Virus record (IMG/VR): IMGVR_UViG_3300051212_000550
Strand: one strand, 5' to 3'
Source of the DNA: a virus
DNA length: 64,000 nucleotides
Shown here: positions 16,953 to 26,821 of the stretch, one piece after another
How the letters are laid out: each line of letters starts with the position of its first letter
Numbering within the stretch: the stretch's first letter is position 1
Translations under genes and position numbers: made by a program
Notes under the pieces: model-generated
What the model was told of the DNA's origin: nothing
Databases searched by the model: none
Seen by the model: only the letters and a program-made list of their open reading frames with translations

Positions 16953-19259
16953 TTATTGTCCTATTTGATATTGTTGTTCTACCATACGCTGATGTAGAAC
17001 ATCACTAGCACCATTTAGGAAACGCTGTGCTCTAGCGTTATCAACTGTTCTTTGTCCTTTGTATATTTCTTTGCTAGAATAAAATTGTGCATCTTTCAAC
17101 TGTGAATTTAAGTATTGATTAAAATCTAATGGTGCTCTAGCTAATACTGCTGGATCAGGACCACCCTCCATACCTTCGACGGTGCCCCCTCTTCTTACTG
17201 CTGGGCCTGCCTTCTGATTTGATTCTTGCACAGACTGTGGAGGTGCTGTTAATAAATTGATATTATCTGTAGATCCTGCGTTTTTTTGAGTTGTTGTTTT
17301 GCCTTCATCTTTTTTATCGTTGTTATTTTCATCCGACATACCTTGAGTTCTATTAGTCTGAAGACTTAGACCAGATCCTAAAGTTATTCCGGTACCGTCG
17401 TTAGGACCTACACTGGCCTGGCTCATCATCACCGCTTGCTCTGCTGTGGCTAATGCTGTTTTTTCTGTGGCTGCTACAGCGGCCATTGCTACAGCTAATG
17501 CTCTAGGATCAACTTTCTTCTTTTCAGTTTCTTTTGTTTCTGTTTTAGTTTCTTCTGCCTTGGCGGATTCTTTAATTGCTTCTTTGGTTGCAGTGGGTTG
17601 ACCAGTAGGAATACTGATCTGTCCACTAGTGTTTAATTCAACTCCGCCAACATCTGTAGTAACCACAGTTTCAGTTCTAGTTGGATCTGCCAGTGCTACC
17701 GTTGGGGAAGAAGCTGTGGCAGTAGGACTAGAACTAGATGTTGTTGTAGAAGCGGTCGTAGTGGTAGGTTCACTGGCAGCTTGCGTCTGTGCTGCTAACT
17801 GATCTTGTAGATCTTTCTGCAATTTAGCCTGTGTATATCCCGGACACTGTGTACTATACAATTGATTTATTTCGCACTGTGCAGCTAGAAACGCTGTCTG
17901 ATAATTAGGACAGGCTTTGTCATAAAGTCCATTTATACTGCATTGCTGATTGAAATATGCCGCGGCATAACCAGGACAACCGCTGTCATATAAAGCATTG
18001 ACCGAACATTGTTGATCGTAATAGGCCTGTGCATATCCAGGACATTGATTGTTGTACAAAGGATTTAATGAACACTGTTGATCAAAATATGCCTGCTGGT
18101 ATCCGGTACAGCTGGTGCTGAATAAAGGATTTAACACACATTGATCTGGAGTATACTGTATCCTTGACCACATATTTGTCAATCCGGCATAATCCCAAGT
18201 TTGTCCGCTGAATTCAAAATTACCTAAACTTAGACTATTTCTGCTCTGTGGCAAAGTATAAGAATAACTATGACTCTGCCAATAATTGTGATCATTGTAA
18301 TCTCTAGTTGATGAGTATAAACTGTTTCCTGCAGAATCTCTGATATTAACCCAGGTGCGTACCAACGGGTCTCTGTTATCTGTGCATATTCCTAAAAAGC
18401 TGCTAGCACAATAAGGATTACCACTGAAAGTATCATAACCCCACTGGAATCCATGAACTTGAACTCCTAGCCCACCGTGTTGTAATGCCGTAGAAATAGC
18501 AAATGTCTGATTCAACGATTGTCCCCATGCAGCGTATCCCCCAGGATTAGGTACGAGATTTCCCGACGTTACTATGTCGTTGAAACCAGGACAGTTTGCA
18601 GAATACAGTGGATTTGCCACGCAGGGATCTACCGTGTAAGCAAATCTTACATATGAATCTCTCACAGCAGGTCCGTAGTATCCTGCCCAGAATCGTCCGT
18701 CCTTGCCTGTAAATGAGAGCGTAGCACTGCCTAGTGTAGATGATAGAGCAGAATTCAACGGCATGGTATTGGCAAAATTAGTCCAACCTGCGGTAGTGGT
18801 ACCATGTTGTGTAGTGATTGAATTTAGTAAAGATCCACTGCTATTAGTGATGCTTAGAGTAGACGATAACGATCCACTGTTATCTCCTTGATTATAATAT
18901 TGGAATCCGTAATTAATGCCGCTGACCTGTATTCCTGTGCCAGATAACGCTCTGTTCACAGGCACAGTTTGAGATACAGTAGCATAGCCATAGGAGAACC
19001 AAATATTGCCTGTGCCTGTTGGATCTAATAATGCCCCAGGACCACCTGCGCAACAACCTACAAAATTTCTAGGATTTTCGCCACCGTAATTAGCGGTATT
19101 CTGTTGTCCAGTCCATCCGCTAGAGGTAATGATATTACCGGTCTCCATTATAGGAAGACCGGTAGTTGGATCTATAGTTCCGGCTACTTGTGCGTTAGAA
19201 TAGTGCGAAAAGCAAAGCAGCAAGCAGAGCGCCGAAGCCAGTCTTCTTATAGAAATCAT
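16953..19259 (-). CDS. large secreted protein with six tandem 19-aa repeats (QQCSxNxLYxxxCPGYxxAY) and a Ser/Thr-rich linker
   Basis: ORF track 16953..19331; start moved to signal-peptide Met MISIRRLASALCLLLC; 57-nt DNA periodicity at 17829..18140. Confidence 0.6.
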   Translation of the reverse strand: MISIRRLASALCLLLCFSHYSNAQVAGTIDPTTGLPIMETGNIITSSGWTGQQNTANYGGENPRNFVGCCAGGPGALLDPTGTGNIWFSYGYATVSQTVPVNRALSGTGIQVSGINYGFQYYNQGDNSGSLSSTLSITNSSGSLLNSITTQHGTTTAGWTNFANTMPLNSALSSTLGSATLSFTGKDGRFWAGYYGPAVRDSYVRFAYTVDPCVANPLYSANCPGFNDIVTSGNLVPNPGGYAAWGQSLNQTFAISTALQHGGLGVQVHGFQWGYDTFSGNPYCASSFLGICTDNRDPLVRTWVNIRDSAGNSLYSSTRDYNDHNYWQSHSYSYTLPQSRNSLSLGNFEFSGQTWDYAGLTNMWSRIQYTPDQCVLNPLFSTSCTGYQQAYFDQQCSLNPLYNNQCPGYAQAYYDQQCSVNALYDSGCPGYAAAYFNQQCSINGLYDKACPNYQTAFLAAQCEINQLYSTQCPGYTQAKLQKDLQDQLAAQTQAASEPTTTTASTTTSSSSPTATASSPTVALADPTRTETVVTTDVGGVELNTSGQISIPTGQPTATKEAIKESAKAEETKTETKETEKKKVDPRALAVAMAAVAATEKTALATAEQAVMMSQASVGPNDGTGITLGSGLSLQTNRTQGMSDENNNDKKDEGKTTTQKNAGSTDNINLLTAPPQSVQESNQKAGPAVRRGGTVEGMEGGPDPAVLARAPLDFNQYLNSQLKDAQFYSSKEIYKGQRTVDNARAQRFLNGASDVLHQRMVEQQYQIGQ
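17829..18140 (-). repeat. 57-bp tandem repeat x6 (coding; CxxNxLY...CPGY units)
   Basis: visible periodicity in DNA and protein. Confidence 0.6.
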
Positions 19260-20025
19260 CGCCTTTTGGTTCCTCAGATTTTGGCCATTTGTCTGGATTA
19301 GCATTCCAAGCAACTCTAGCCTGTTCCCCAATCACACCCTCATACGGACATGGAGTTCCTGCATTCCACATAGCATCAAATACTCTACGATCTTGACACA
19401 TCACAGAAACTGCTGCTACTTTCATTCCCATGTCATAGAGTGTTTTAGCATTCTTTAATCTTTCGCAGTTCATATCACGAACTGTGCCGCCACTGCTGAC
19501 ACCTAAGATCTGTGTTTGAACAGCACCACTAGTTCCTGTAGTACAAAGATCGTTATTACCGCCGCTCATCATAGCAGGTGCTATGGCAGTTGGTGGAGGT
19601 TGAATAACTTTTTGTGTAATGTTGCTGTCGTTGATATTACGGTTTGTCATGTCTCCACTGTTAATGTTTTGATTGACATTATTATTTTGATTTGTACTGG
19701 TACTGGTACTGGTGTTTACATTAGTATTATTATTGGTATTGACGTTTTCCGAAGTTGTGTGACCACTATTAATGTTTGTGTTAGTACTTGTGCTTGTACT
19801 GGTATTTTGATTTATGTTTGTGTTAGTACTGGTGCTGTTCACTGTACTTGTGTTGACGTTGTTATTTGTGTTCGTACTAGTACTGTTAACTGTACTTGTA
19901 GAAGTACTATTGTTATTTGTATCTACTAGGCTCGAACTGTCATAGGTAGTCTGAGCATAGGCTTGGCCAGAACCCCAAAACATAGCAGCCATTATAAAGG
20001 CATACTTATAACTATTTTTTATCAT
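19195..20025 (-). CDS. secreted Ser/Thr/Asn low-complexity repeat protein with Cys-rich C-domain and hydrophobic C-terminal anchor
   Basis: signal peptide; (NTSTSTNTN)n repeats; C-terminus GFGALLAALLFALF. Confidence 0.55.
   Translation of the reverse strand: MIKNSYKYAFIMAAMFWGSGQAYAQTTYDSSSLVDTNNNSTSTSTVNSTSTNTNNNVNTSTVNSTSTNTNINQNTSTSTSTNTNINSGHTTSENVNTNNNTNVNTSTSTSTNQNNNVNQNINSGDMTNRNINDSNITQKVIQPPPTAIAPAMMSGGNNDLCTTGTSGAVQTQILGVSSGGTVRDMNCERLKNAKTLYDMGMKVAAVSVMCQDRRVFDAMWNAGTPCPYEGVIGEQARVAWNANPDKWPKSEEPKGDDFYKKTGFGALLAALLFALF
19690..19900 (-). repeat. degenerate ~48-bp tandem repeats encoding the STSTNTN tracts
   Basis: repeated gttagtac/gtactggt motifs. Confidence 0.5.
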
Positions 20026-20075
20026 TTTTTCGCTCCCGGGAATATTGGGTATTATTATTTAAACCCAAGTTGGGA

Positions 20076-20105
20076 TAGATTAAAACTATAGATAATTTTA
20101 ATCTA
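20076..20105. promoter_or_regulatory. perfect 10-bp AT-rich inverted repeat (tagattaaaa N10 ttttaatcta), adjacent to palindrome CCCAAgTTGGG
   Basis: seen directly in the intergenic region upstream of gene 19195..20025. Confidence 0.35.
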
Positions 20106-20118
20106 GATTAAGAAATTG

Positions 20119-20334
20119 TTAATTGATTGATACCGACTTAGGATGGCCAAACAATCTTATAGCCGAGGTTGCTTTACGATCAAATCCACTACCACTTTTA
20201 TCATATTGAGGTAAAAACCATTGGCCATTGCGATCCTGACGCATACCAATTTCCCGGGCGGCATTGACATCAGTTACATTGAAGTAATGAAGCTTGACTA
20301 GTTTAGGTTTAGATTCAATTTCTGTAAAGCGCAT
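20119..20334 (-). CDS. hypothetical small protein
   Basis: ORF track. Confidence 0.45.
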   Translation of the reverse strand: MRFTEIESKPKLVKLHYFNVTDVNAAREIGMRQDRNGQWFLPQYDKSGSGFDRKATSAIRLFGHPKSVSIN

Positions 20335-20341
20335 TAAGTAT

Positions 20342-21037
20342 TTAGTTTATTTCTGGGAATAAACAATGCTCAATAAACACTTTTACATCATCCTCATTTA
20401 AACCTAAGCTGGTCATAACACGTGGTGTATGTGGATTTTGTTTTTGATTCTGAGCATAGAAATTCTGCTCAACCGTGGCGTCTGCTACCTTGTTGTTAGT
20501 TTCGCCCACAGTTTCTAAATAATGATTAACAAGGATACGTGCTAGGCTTTCAATCTGATTAAGTTCGTCATCCTCTTGAACATTACCGGCTGCGACCATA
20601 TGCGGACTAAAGATACGTTGTGCCCACTCGGGTAATTCTCGTTTGCGTATCCATTCGTATCTAGATACTTCCTCGGCGAAATATTTTATCATAGGATGTT
20701 CACGATCTGTAGTGGGACTATAGTCTATGAAACATCCGGTAATTTTGTTTTTACCTGCTATGACATCAAAACCAAAAATAGGTGCCGGGTTATGGATATG
20801 TGGAAAGACACAGCAATGCATCATCCAGAGGCCCTTTGTGGATCGGGCATCGACTACATCGATATGGGCTCTGCGATAATTACCGCTGGTCCAAACACGA
20901 TTAACCCAACCCGGCTGATTGAATCTTTCCATTCCAGGTTCAAAAGTTTCTATTCCAGTATTGGAAAAACTTTTTTCAAGTAGTTCTTGAATACCAATGA
21001 GTTTATACCAAACTTTACTGTTCAATGTTTTGTCCAT
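20342..21037 (-). CDS. ferredoxin-dependent bilin reductase (PcyA/PebS/PcyX family)
   Basis: FDBR-family similarity by recognition; two residues downstream of heme oxygenase in the same operon. Confidence 0.7.
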   Translation of the reverse strand: MDKTLNSKVWYKLIGIQELLEKSFSNTGIETFEPGMERFNQPGWVNRVWTSGNYRRAHIDVVDARSTKGLWMMHCCVFPHIHNPAPIFGFDVIAGKNKITGCFIDYSPTTDREHPMIKYFAEEVSRYEWIRKRELPEWAQRIFSPHMVAAGNVQEDDELNQIESLARILVNHYLETVGETNNKVADATVEQNFYAQNQKQNPHTPRVMTSLGLNEDDVKVFIEHCLFPEIN

Positions 21038-21509
21038 TTTCGTCTACCTCTACCCAGGTATAATCACCCAACCACTTTACTCTAGTTATGTAATTATAAT
21101 CGTCCGGTGATCCTGTGCTCCAGTCATCGGGTCCGTGCTGAGTCAACAGTGTATGATTTTTTCTTGTGTTATAAACTAACCAATAACACTGACCGTGAGC
21201 TATTTGAAATTGATAAACTGCGGAGTGTACCATATCAGTTATATCAAGACGTCGTTTAATACTTGCTGCCTGCTTTTGTAAAACAGCAACCAGTTCCATG
21301 ATCCTGTTATATTCTTGTTGCCCGTGCATACGAGCAACATTGACCATAATGTCCTTTTGTTTTTCTACAGGAATTAAATCAAAAACAGGGCCTCCTACTT
21401 CTGTGGGATACGGAGTTACATTGCGATTGATAAACTGGACTAAAGAATCACCTATCTGAGAATCGAAGCTATCTTTTCCTTTTGAAAGATTACTCTTCTG
21501 ATCCTTCAT
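21015..21509 (-). CDS. hypothetical protein between HO and bilin reductase
   Basis: ORF track. Confidence 0.5.
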   Translation of the reverse strand: MKDQKSNLSKGKDSFDSQIGDSLVQFINRNVTPYPTEVGGPVFDLIPVEKQKDIMVNVARMHGQQEYNRIMELVAVLQKQAASIKRRLDITDMVHSAVYQFQIAHGQCYWLVYNTRKNHTLLTQHGPDDWSTGSPDDYNYITRVKWLGDYTWVEVDENGQNIEQ

Positions 21510-22044
21510 ATAATTCTTTCATCATTTTAATCGCCCACTCAAATGCTACTCTAGCCTCATCTCCTAAGTCGTCAGTTAGCTCAGAACGAATAGAAACTTT
21601 AAGGTCTTCCGGATTCTTAAAATCGTAGAAGCGACCTTTCGAAATATGTGCTACCTGCTTCTTGATGATCTGTCCACCATGTAAGTCTCCCATATGACGA
21701 CAATAAAGATGTGCTTTGATCTTAGGACGTTGTGTAGGATCGCGGACTAAACCTAACAGATAATTGTAGTATTCTATCGTTTCTGGTAACCACTTGTAAT
21801 TATGATCCACTCCTGCTATCTCAATAAAGTCTTGATAGATAGCGTGTGTTCTTTCTAAGCCGGGAAGATTTTTAAAATTGCCTTCTACTCGATTACCTAA
21901 TTCAATTGCATTATATACCAATACTAATTGATAAAGATAATTTGCATAGTCTTCTTTAGTAATCTTACCGCTAAGAAGCAATTTGGCGAATTGTGTTTTT
22001 TCTGCCTCGTGATGTAGGTCTTTGGTAATTTCTTTTAAACTCAT
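21490..22044 (-). CDS. heme oxygenase (HO-1 family)
   Basis: proximal His region HHEAEKTQF and YCRHMGDLHGGQ (canonical Y-x-R-Y-x-GDLSGGQ). Confidence 0.8.
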   Translation of the reverse strand: MSLKEITKDLHHEAEKTQFAKLLLSGKITKEDYANYLYQLVLVYNAIELGNRVEGNFKNLPGLERTHAIYQDFIEIAGVDHNYKWLPETIEYYNYLLGLVRDPTQRPKIKAHLYCRHMGDLHGGQIIKKQVAHISKGRFYDFKNPEDLKVSIRSELTDDLGDEARVAFEWAIKMMKELYEGSEE

Positions 22045-22054
22045 AGTTTTTTAT

Positions 22055-22312
22055 TTACTTAGGCCCATATCTCAATAACATCATCGTGGCATCTATTTCT
22101 TTATCTAGTTTAATGCAGAACGAATGAATAGTTTTTTCATATTGCCAACGTTCACCGACTGGTCCTAATATTTCTGTAAAAAAATTAATAAAGTTTTTTC
22201 TTCCTTTTTTACCAAGATTATATCTTCTAAGGTCGTGAAAAATTATCCAAAAAGAAAACCGACCAGTTTCTACATTCATATATCGTATGAACTTAAACTC
22301 GTCGGCTGTCAT
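22055..22312 (-). CDS. small protein, divergent WC..LKW family member (ERWQYEK...EIDATMMLLRYG)
   Basis: C-terminal motif shared with the 0.1-4.1 kb array. Confidence 0.45.
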   Translation of the reverse strand: MTADEFKFIRYMNVETGRFSFWIIFHDLRRYNLGKKGRKNFINFFTEILGPVGERWQYEKTIHSFCIKLDKEIDATMMLLRYGPK

Positions 22313-22313
22313 A

Positions 22314-22622
22314 TTAAACGTCTTCTTCTATAGTGATTTGTAATGGGTGGCCGTTCTGTCTACAGAGATTTGTTGCATCGATGGCTTTTTGTTCTGCAAT
22401 TTCATGAATATATAAACCAACTACAGCACTGCCTGTATTATGAATTTCCATTGTTATCTGTTCGGCAGATTCTTCGCTGTGTCTAAAAATCGTAACCAAA
22501 AGAGCAATTACAAATTCCATTGGAGTATAATCATCATTTAAAAACAATACCTTCCATTTATTAGGAGGTAGTGCCTCAACGGTCTTTGTTACTTCTTTGA
22601 TTTTGGTATCTACGGCTGTCAT
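22314..22622 (-). CDS. clpS: ATP-dependent Clp protease adaptor ClpS
   Basis: strong similarity to ClpS (KVLFLNDDYTPMEFVIALL..). Confidence 0.85.
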   Translation of the reverse strand: MTAVDTKIKEVTKTVEALPPNKWKVLFLNDDYTPMEFVIALLVTIFRHSEESAEQITMEIHNTGSAVVGLYIHEIAEQKAIDATNLCRQNGHPLQITIEEDV

Positions 22623-22644
22623 ATTTCCTCAGTATAAAGTAGTT

Positions 22645-22664
22645 GGGGGAAGTTCCCTTCCCCC
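22645..22664. other. 8-bp GC hairpin (GGGGGAAG-uucc-CUUCCCCC) between hsp20 and clpS
   Basis: seen directly; U-tract only on the plus-strand side. Confidence 0.4.
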
Positions 22665-22672
22665 TTATTATA

Positions 22673-23107
22673 TTACTTAATATCTACAATGTCAATGACT
22701 TTTGGTTTTGCAGATTCTGGAATGTTTCGAACTAACTTAATAGTTAACATACCATTCTTTGTTTCTGCACCGAGAACCTCGATATGTTCTGCCAAAGGAA
22801 ACTCCTTGACGAAGTCGCGTGTAGCGAGACCTCTGTGCAGATACTGTTCTGGAGCATAATCTGTAGTCATGCTTTCACCTTTGATAACAAGAACGTTATT
22901 TTCTACGGTTACAGAAATTTCTGCTTTATCAAAACCAGTTACGGCCAATTGAATAGCATACTCGTTGTCACCTAAACGTAAAATGTTATGTGGGGGATAA
23001 TTGTTGTTAAGGCTGTTAGCAAAACGTCTTTCCATCTGGTCAAACATTGTGTCAAAGCCAATAAGTGCTCTATTGAGAGCGTCGATTCTAGCTATTTGAT
23101 TGTTCAT
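22673..23107 (-). CDS. small heat-shock protein (Hsp20/alpha-crystallin, IbpA-like)
   Basis: alpha-crystallin domain similarity. Confidence 0.85.
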   Translation of the reverse strand: MNNQIARIDALNRALIGFDTMFDQMERRFANSLNNNYPPHNILRLGDNEYAIQLAVTGFDKAEISVTVENNVLVIKGESMTTDYAPEQYLHRGLATRDFVKEFPLAEHIEVLGAETKNGMLTIKLVRNIPESAKPKVIDIVDIK

Positions 23108-23122
23108 AATAATCTCCTTTTA

Positions 23123-23169
23123 AAGTAAGAATTTGAGCATTTTGCTCTATGTTGGGGCCCATTAGGTAC
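23123..23169 (-). promoter_or_regulatory. conserved upstream element (GTACCTAATGGGC ~22 nt AAATTCTTACTT) before hsp20; copy 1
   Basis: the same two motifs at similar spacing occur upstream of dnaK; the first lies in the loop of a 9-bp hairpin. Confidence 0.45.
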
Positions 23170-23200
23170 CCCAACATATTATACACACATTGGTGTATTC

Positions 23201-25111
23201 TTAGGATGTCTTTCCCTCGGTTTCAGTAAAGGAAGCATCAATCACTTCACCATCTGCTGGCTGCTTTTCGCTTTCTGATTTAGCAGCTTCACGTTTGGCT
23301 TTAATCTTTTCAAATAGAGGCTTAGCAGCATCTGCTACATTAAAAGGACCTTTCTTGATTTCTTCGAGGTCTTTGCTGTCGTTGGCTAACTTTTCGGCTT
23401 CAGTTAATGCATCTTCAATAGCCTTCCATTCTTCTTCTGTGGCGAGATCCTTTTCAGCTTCTAGTTCCTTGCGGATAGTGTAAAGTTCTGAAAGAGCACT
23501 ATTACGTCCTTCAATAACTTCACGTGCCTTTTTATCTTCTTCAGCAAATTGTTCTGCTTCAGAAATCATACGTTTGATTTCATCTTCGCTGATACCACTA
23601 TTTGCCTTAATGGTAATCTTGTTTTCTTTGCCTGTGTTCTTGTCCTTGGCACTTACACTTAAGATGCCGTTGGCGTCGATGTCAAAGGTGACTTCAATCT
23701 GTGGCATTCCACGAGGTGCCGGATCAATACCTTCTAGATTAAATTCACCTAACAATTTATTGTGATGTGCAAGTTCACGTTCTCCTTGGAACACACGGAT
23801 AGTAACAGCTGGTTGATTATCTTCGGCTGTACTGAAGATTTGTGTTGCCTTTGTAGGAATAGTAGTGTTCTTGTTAACCAACTTAGCCATAATGCCGCCC
23901 ATTGTTTCAATACCTAATGTCAATGGTGTAACATCTAGCAACAGAACGTCTTTGCGATCGCCAGCAAGAACTGCTCCTTGAATAGCTGCTCCAACAGCAA
24001 CAGCCTCGTCTGGGTTAACATCACGGCGTGGTGCTTTACCAAATAGTTTTTCAACTTCTTCTTGTACCTTAGGCATACGTGTCTGTCCGCCGACGAGAAT
24101 AACTTCGTCAATATCGGCAGCAGTAACACCTGCATCCTTCATAGCAATGCGGCATGGCTCTAATGAACGCTTAACCAGATCATCAACTAATGCTTCTAAT
24201 TTTGCTTTAGTTAGTTTAACAACCAAATGCTTAGGACCACTTGCATCAGCAGTGATGTAAGGAAGGTTGACTTCTGTTTGAGTAGAACTCGATAATTCAA
24301 TCTTAGCTTTTTCAGCAGAATCTTTTAAACGCTGTAAGGCCAACATGTCTTTGGTTAGATCGATTCCCTGTTCTTTCTTAAATTCTTCAACAAGGTAATC
24401 CATGATACGCTGGTCGAAGTCTTCACCGCCTAGGAATGTATCACCGTTAGTAGAAAGAACTTCAATTTGCTTGTCGCCATCTACATTAGCGATTTCAATA
24501 ATGCTTACATCAAATGTACCACCACCTAAGTCGTACACAGCAATCTTACGATCTGCTTTTTCTTGCTTGTCCACTCCATAAGCTAGTGCTGCGGCAGTAG
24601 GTTCGTTGATAATACGTAGAACTTCTAATCCAGCAATCTGTCCTGCATCTTTAGTAGCCTGGCGTTGGCTATCATTAAAATAAGCAGGAACTGTAATAAC
24701 TGCTTGAGTAACTTCATGGCCTAAATAATCTTCGGCAGTCTTCTTCATCTTGCGAAGAACTTCTGCAGAGACCTGCGGAGGAGCCATTTCTTTACCTTGG
24801 GCACGAATCCATGCATCACCATTCTTTGCCTTGGTAATTTCATAAGGCATCAGGTCGATGTCTTTTTGTACAGCTTCTTCGTTGAACTTACGTCCAATCA
24901 ACCGCTTGGCTGCATAAATTGTATTTTTTGGATTTGTTACTGCCTGACGCTTTGCACTTGCACCAACCAAGATATCGCTGTCTGTATAAGCAACAATACT
25001 TGGGGTTGTACGTGCGCCTTCTGAATTTTCGATTACTTTCGAAACGCCGTTTTCAATAACGGCTACACATGAGTTTGTGGTACCCAAATCGATACCGATG
25101 ATTTTTGACAT
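23201..25111 (-). CDS. dnaK: molecular chaperone DnaK (Hsp70)
   Basis: full-length Hsp70 ([16 protein letters not shown] etc.). Confidence 0.95.
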   Translation of the reverse strand: MSKIIGIDLGTTNSCVAVIENGVSKVIENSEGARTTPSIVAYTDSDILVGASAKRQAVTNPKNTIYAAKRLIGRKFNEEAVQKDIDLMPYEITKAKNGDAWIRAQGKEMAPPQVSAEVLRKMKKTAEDYLGHEVTQAVITVPAYFNDSQRQATKDAGQIAGLEVLRIINEPTAAALAYGVDKQEKADRKIAVYDLGGGTFDVSIIEIANVDGDKQIEVLSTNGDTFLGGEDFDQRIMDYLVEEFKKEQGIDLTKDMLALQRLKDSAEKAKIELSSSTQTEVNLPYITADASGPKHLVVKLTKAKLEALVDDLVKRSLEPCRIAMKDAGVTAADIDEVILVGGQTRMPKVQEEVEKLFGKAPRRDVNPDEAVAVGAAIQGAVLAGDRKDVLLLDVTPLTLGIETMGGIMAKLVNKNTTIPTKATQIFSTAEDNQPAVTIRVFQGERELAHHNKLLGEFNLEGIDPAPRGMPQIEVTFDIDANGILSVSAKDKNTGKENKITIKANSGISEDEIKRMISEAEQFAEEDKKAREVIEGRNSALSELYTIRKELEAEKDLATEEEWKAIEDALTEAEKLANDSKDLEEIKKGPFNVADAAKPLFEKIKAKREAAKSESEKQPADGEVIDASFTETEGKTS

Positions 25112-25127
25112 ATTTTTTCTCCTTAAA

Positions 25128-25177
25128 AAGTAAGAATTTAATGAGCTTGAGCTCGTTGTGAATAGCCCATTAGGTAC
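25128..25177 (-). promoter_or_regulatory. conserved upstream element before dnaK; copy 2
   Basis: motifs AAGTAAGAATTT and GCCCATTAGGTAC on the plus strand, as at 23123..23169. Confidence 0.45.
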
Positions 25178-25192
25178 TAATCACGTTTTTAT

Positions 25193-26212
25193 TTATCTCA
25201 CGAATACATCATTAAATTGCTTATTGACTCGAATAAATGTTGTACATTTTGATAGTTGTTTAAGACTTGGCGCTCCAACGTATGTGCAAGAGCTGCGTAA
25301 TCCACCCAAAATATCCAAAATTGTATCCTTAATAGGACCGCGATATGGAACTTGAACTGTTCTTCCTTCGCTACTACGATATTCTGCTACACCACCATGA
25401 TGTTTATTCATAGCAGTATCTGAACTCATTCCGTAGAATGTAATTTTTCCATCTTTAATTTCTCCGCCCCCTTCATCGTGTCCTGCTAGCATACCGCCTA
25501 GCATTACAAAGTCAGCTCCCGCGCCAAACGCTTTGGCAACATCACCAGGACAAGTACATCCACCGTCAGCAATAATATGACCGCCAAGACCGTGAGCGGC
25601 GTCGGCACATTCAATAATAGCACTAAGCTGTGGGTACCCAACACCAGTTTGAATACGAGTAGTACAAACACTACCAGGACCAATCCCAACTTTAACAATA
25701 TCCGCACCACGTAAAATTAACTCCTGTGTCATGTCCGCAGTAACAACATTGCCTGCGATGATTGTTTTATCTGGATAGGTCGTTCTAACTTTAGAAACAA
25801 ATTCTCCAAAATGTTCACTGTATCCGTTGGCTACATCGATACAAATAAAATGTATTCTCGGATAAGAATTGATTGTTTGCCTTAGTTTTAAAAAATCTTT
25901 ATCACTAGTGCCAGTGCTGACAGCAAAATAATCACTGCCAATATCTTCTATAGTCGTCTGTAGATATAATGTATCAATGTTCTTAACTAAACAGGTAAAC
26001 ATTCGGTGCTGATACAATTCAATGGCCATATGTAATGTACCAACACCGTCCATGTTCGATGCCATGATCGGAACACCCGACCATTCGAATTTACTGTGTT
26101 TAAATTTATATGTCCGGGTTAGGTCTACTTCTTTACGACTTGATAATGTGCTACGCTTAGGACGGATTAAGACATCTTTAAAATCTAACTTAACTTCGTC
26201 TTCGATTCTCAT
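25193..26212 (-). CDS. guaC: GMP reductase
   Basis: N-terminus [23 protein letters not shown] close to E. coli GuaC; no CBS insert. Confidence 0.85.
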   Translation of the reverse strand: MRIEDEVKLDFKDVLIRPKRSTLSSRKEVDLTRTYKFKHSKFEWSGVPIMASNMDGVGTLHMAIELYQHRMFTCLVKNIDTLYLQTTIEDIGSDYFAVSTGTSDKDFLKLRQTINSYPRIHFICIDVANGYSEHFGEFVSKVRTTYPDKTIIAGNVVTADMTQELILRGADIVKVGIGPGSVCTTRIQTGVGYPQLSAIIECADAAHGLGGHIIADGGCTCPGDVAKAFGAGADFVMLGGMLAGHDEGGGEIKDGKITFYGMSSDTAMNKHHGGVAEYRSSEGRTVQVPYRGPIKDTILDILGGLRSSCTYVGAPSLKQLSKCTTFIRVNKQFNDVFVR

Positions 26213-26790
26213 CGGGAATCCTTTAGGGGAGAAAGTAATTGACCATCAAAGGTCGATGAAGTCCGTAGTCTACGGAAAACATTTTGTACTCCAATAGCTT
26301 GATTATATGCATCATGAAGTGCATGGTGCGCTAAGACCTCTGGACGATCTGGATTGATGCCAAGATCAAAAATTGTTCTGGTATCGCGCACCTGCCAGAA
26401 ACTCCACGGATAGCCTTTGCCGATCTTACGGAATACTGTTTCTAGAATAACAACATCAAAGCCAGCACCATGACTCCATACACGTTTACATCCCCAACAG
26501 AATTTATACAGTTGATTCATCGCATCAACGATGTCTACTCTGTTCTCTGTTCCGAATGCTTCGTCTTGTGCTTCTTTGCTTTGTTTTGCCCACCATTCGA
26601 GTGTATCTTGCGAAGTGACCAATCCCAGTCTATCACAACTGTCAATGTCTATTCGCAGATAAAAACTTTCCATTGCAGGTTCTTTGAGATCCTGACCAAA
26701 CGGATCAAATTTTACTGCACCAATACTTAGGATAGCTGCATCCGGGGTAGTGGCAAGTGTTTCAAGGTCAATCATAATATCTGAATTCAT
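26209..26790 (-). CDS. DEDD-family 3'-5' exonuclease (DnaQ-like)
   Basis: Exo I IDLET, HxAxxD motif HHALHDAYN. Confidence 0.7.
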   Translation of the reverse strand: MNSDIMIDLETLATTPDAAILSIGAVKFDPFGQDLKEPAMESFYLRIDIDSCDRLGLVTSQDTLEWWAKQSKEAQDEAFGTENRVDIVDAMNQLYKFCWGCKRVWSHGAGFDVVILETVFRKIGKGYPWSFWQVRDTRTIFDLGINPDRPEVLAHHALHDAYNQAIGVQNVFRRLRTSSTFDGQLLSPLKDSR

Positions 26791-26821
26791 AGTAATATTG
26801 TAAACTACTTTCTTTCAGATG

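Noticed and set aside
16953-19331. N-terminal extensions of several track ORFs (16953..19331, 16198..16848, 35911..36498, 50941..51264, 61615..62232, 11434..12144)
   Set aside because: Internal Met codons with proper SD spacing, signal peptides, paralog alignment or promoter positions indicate shorter true starts. The coordinates were adjusted in the feature list
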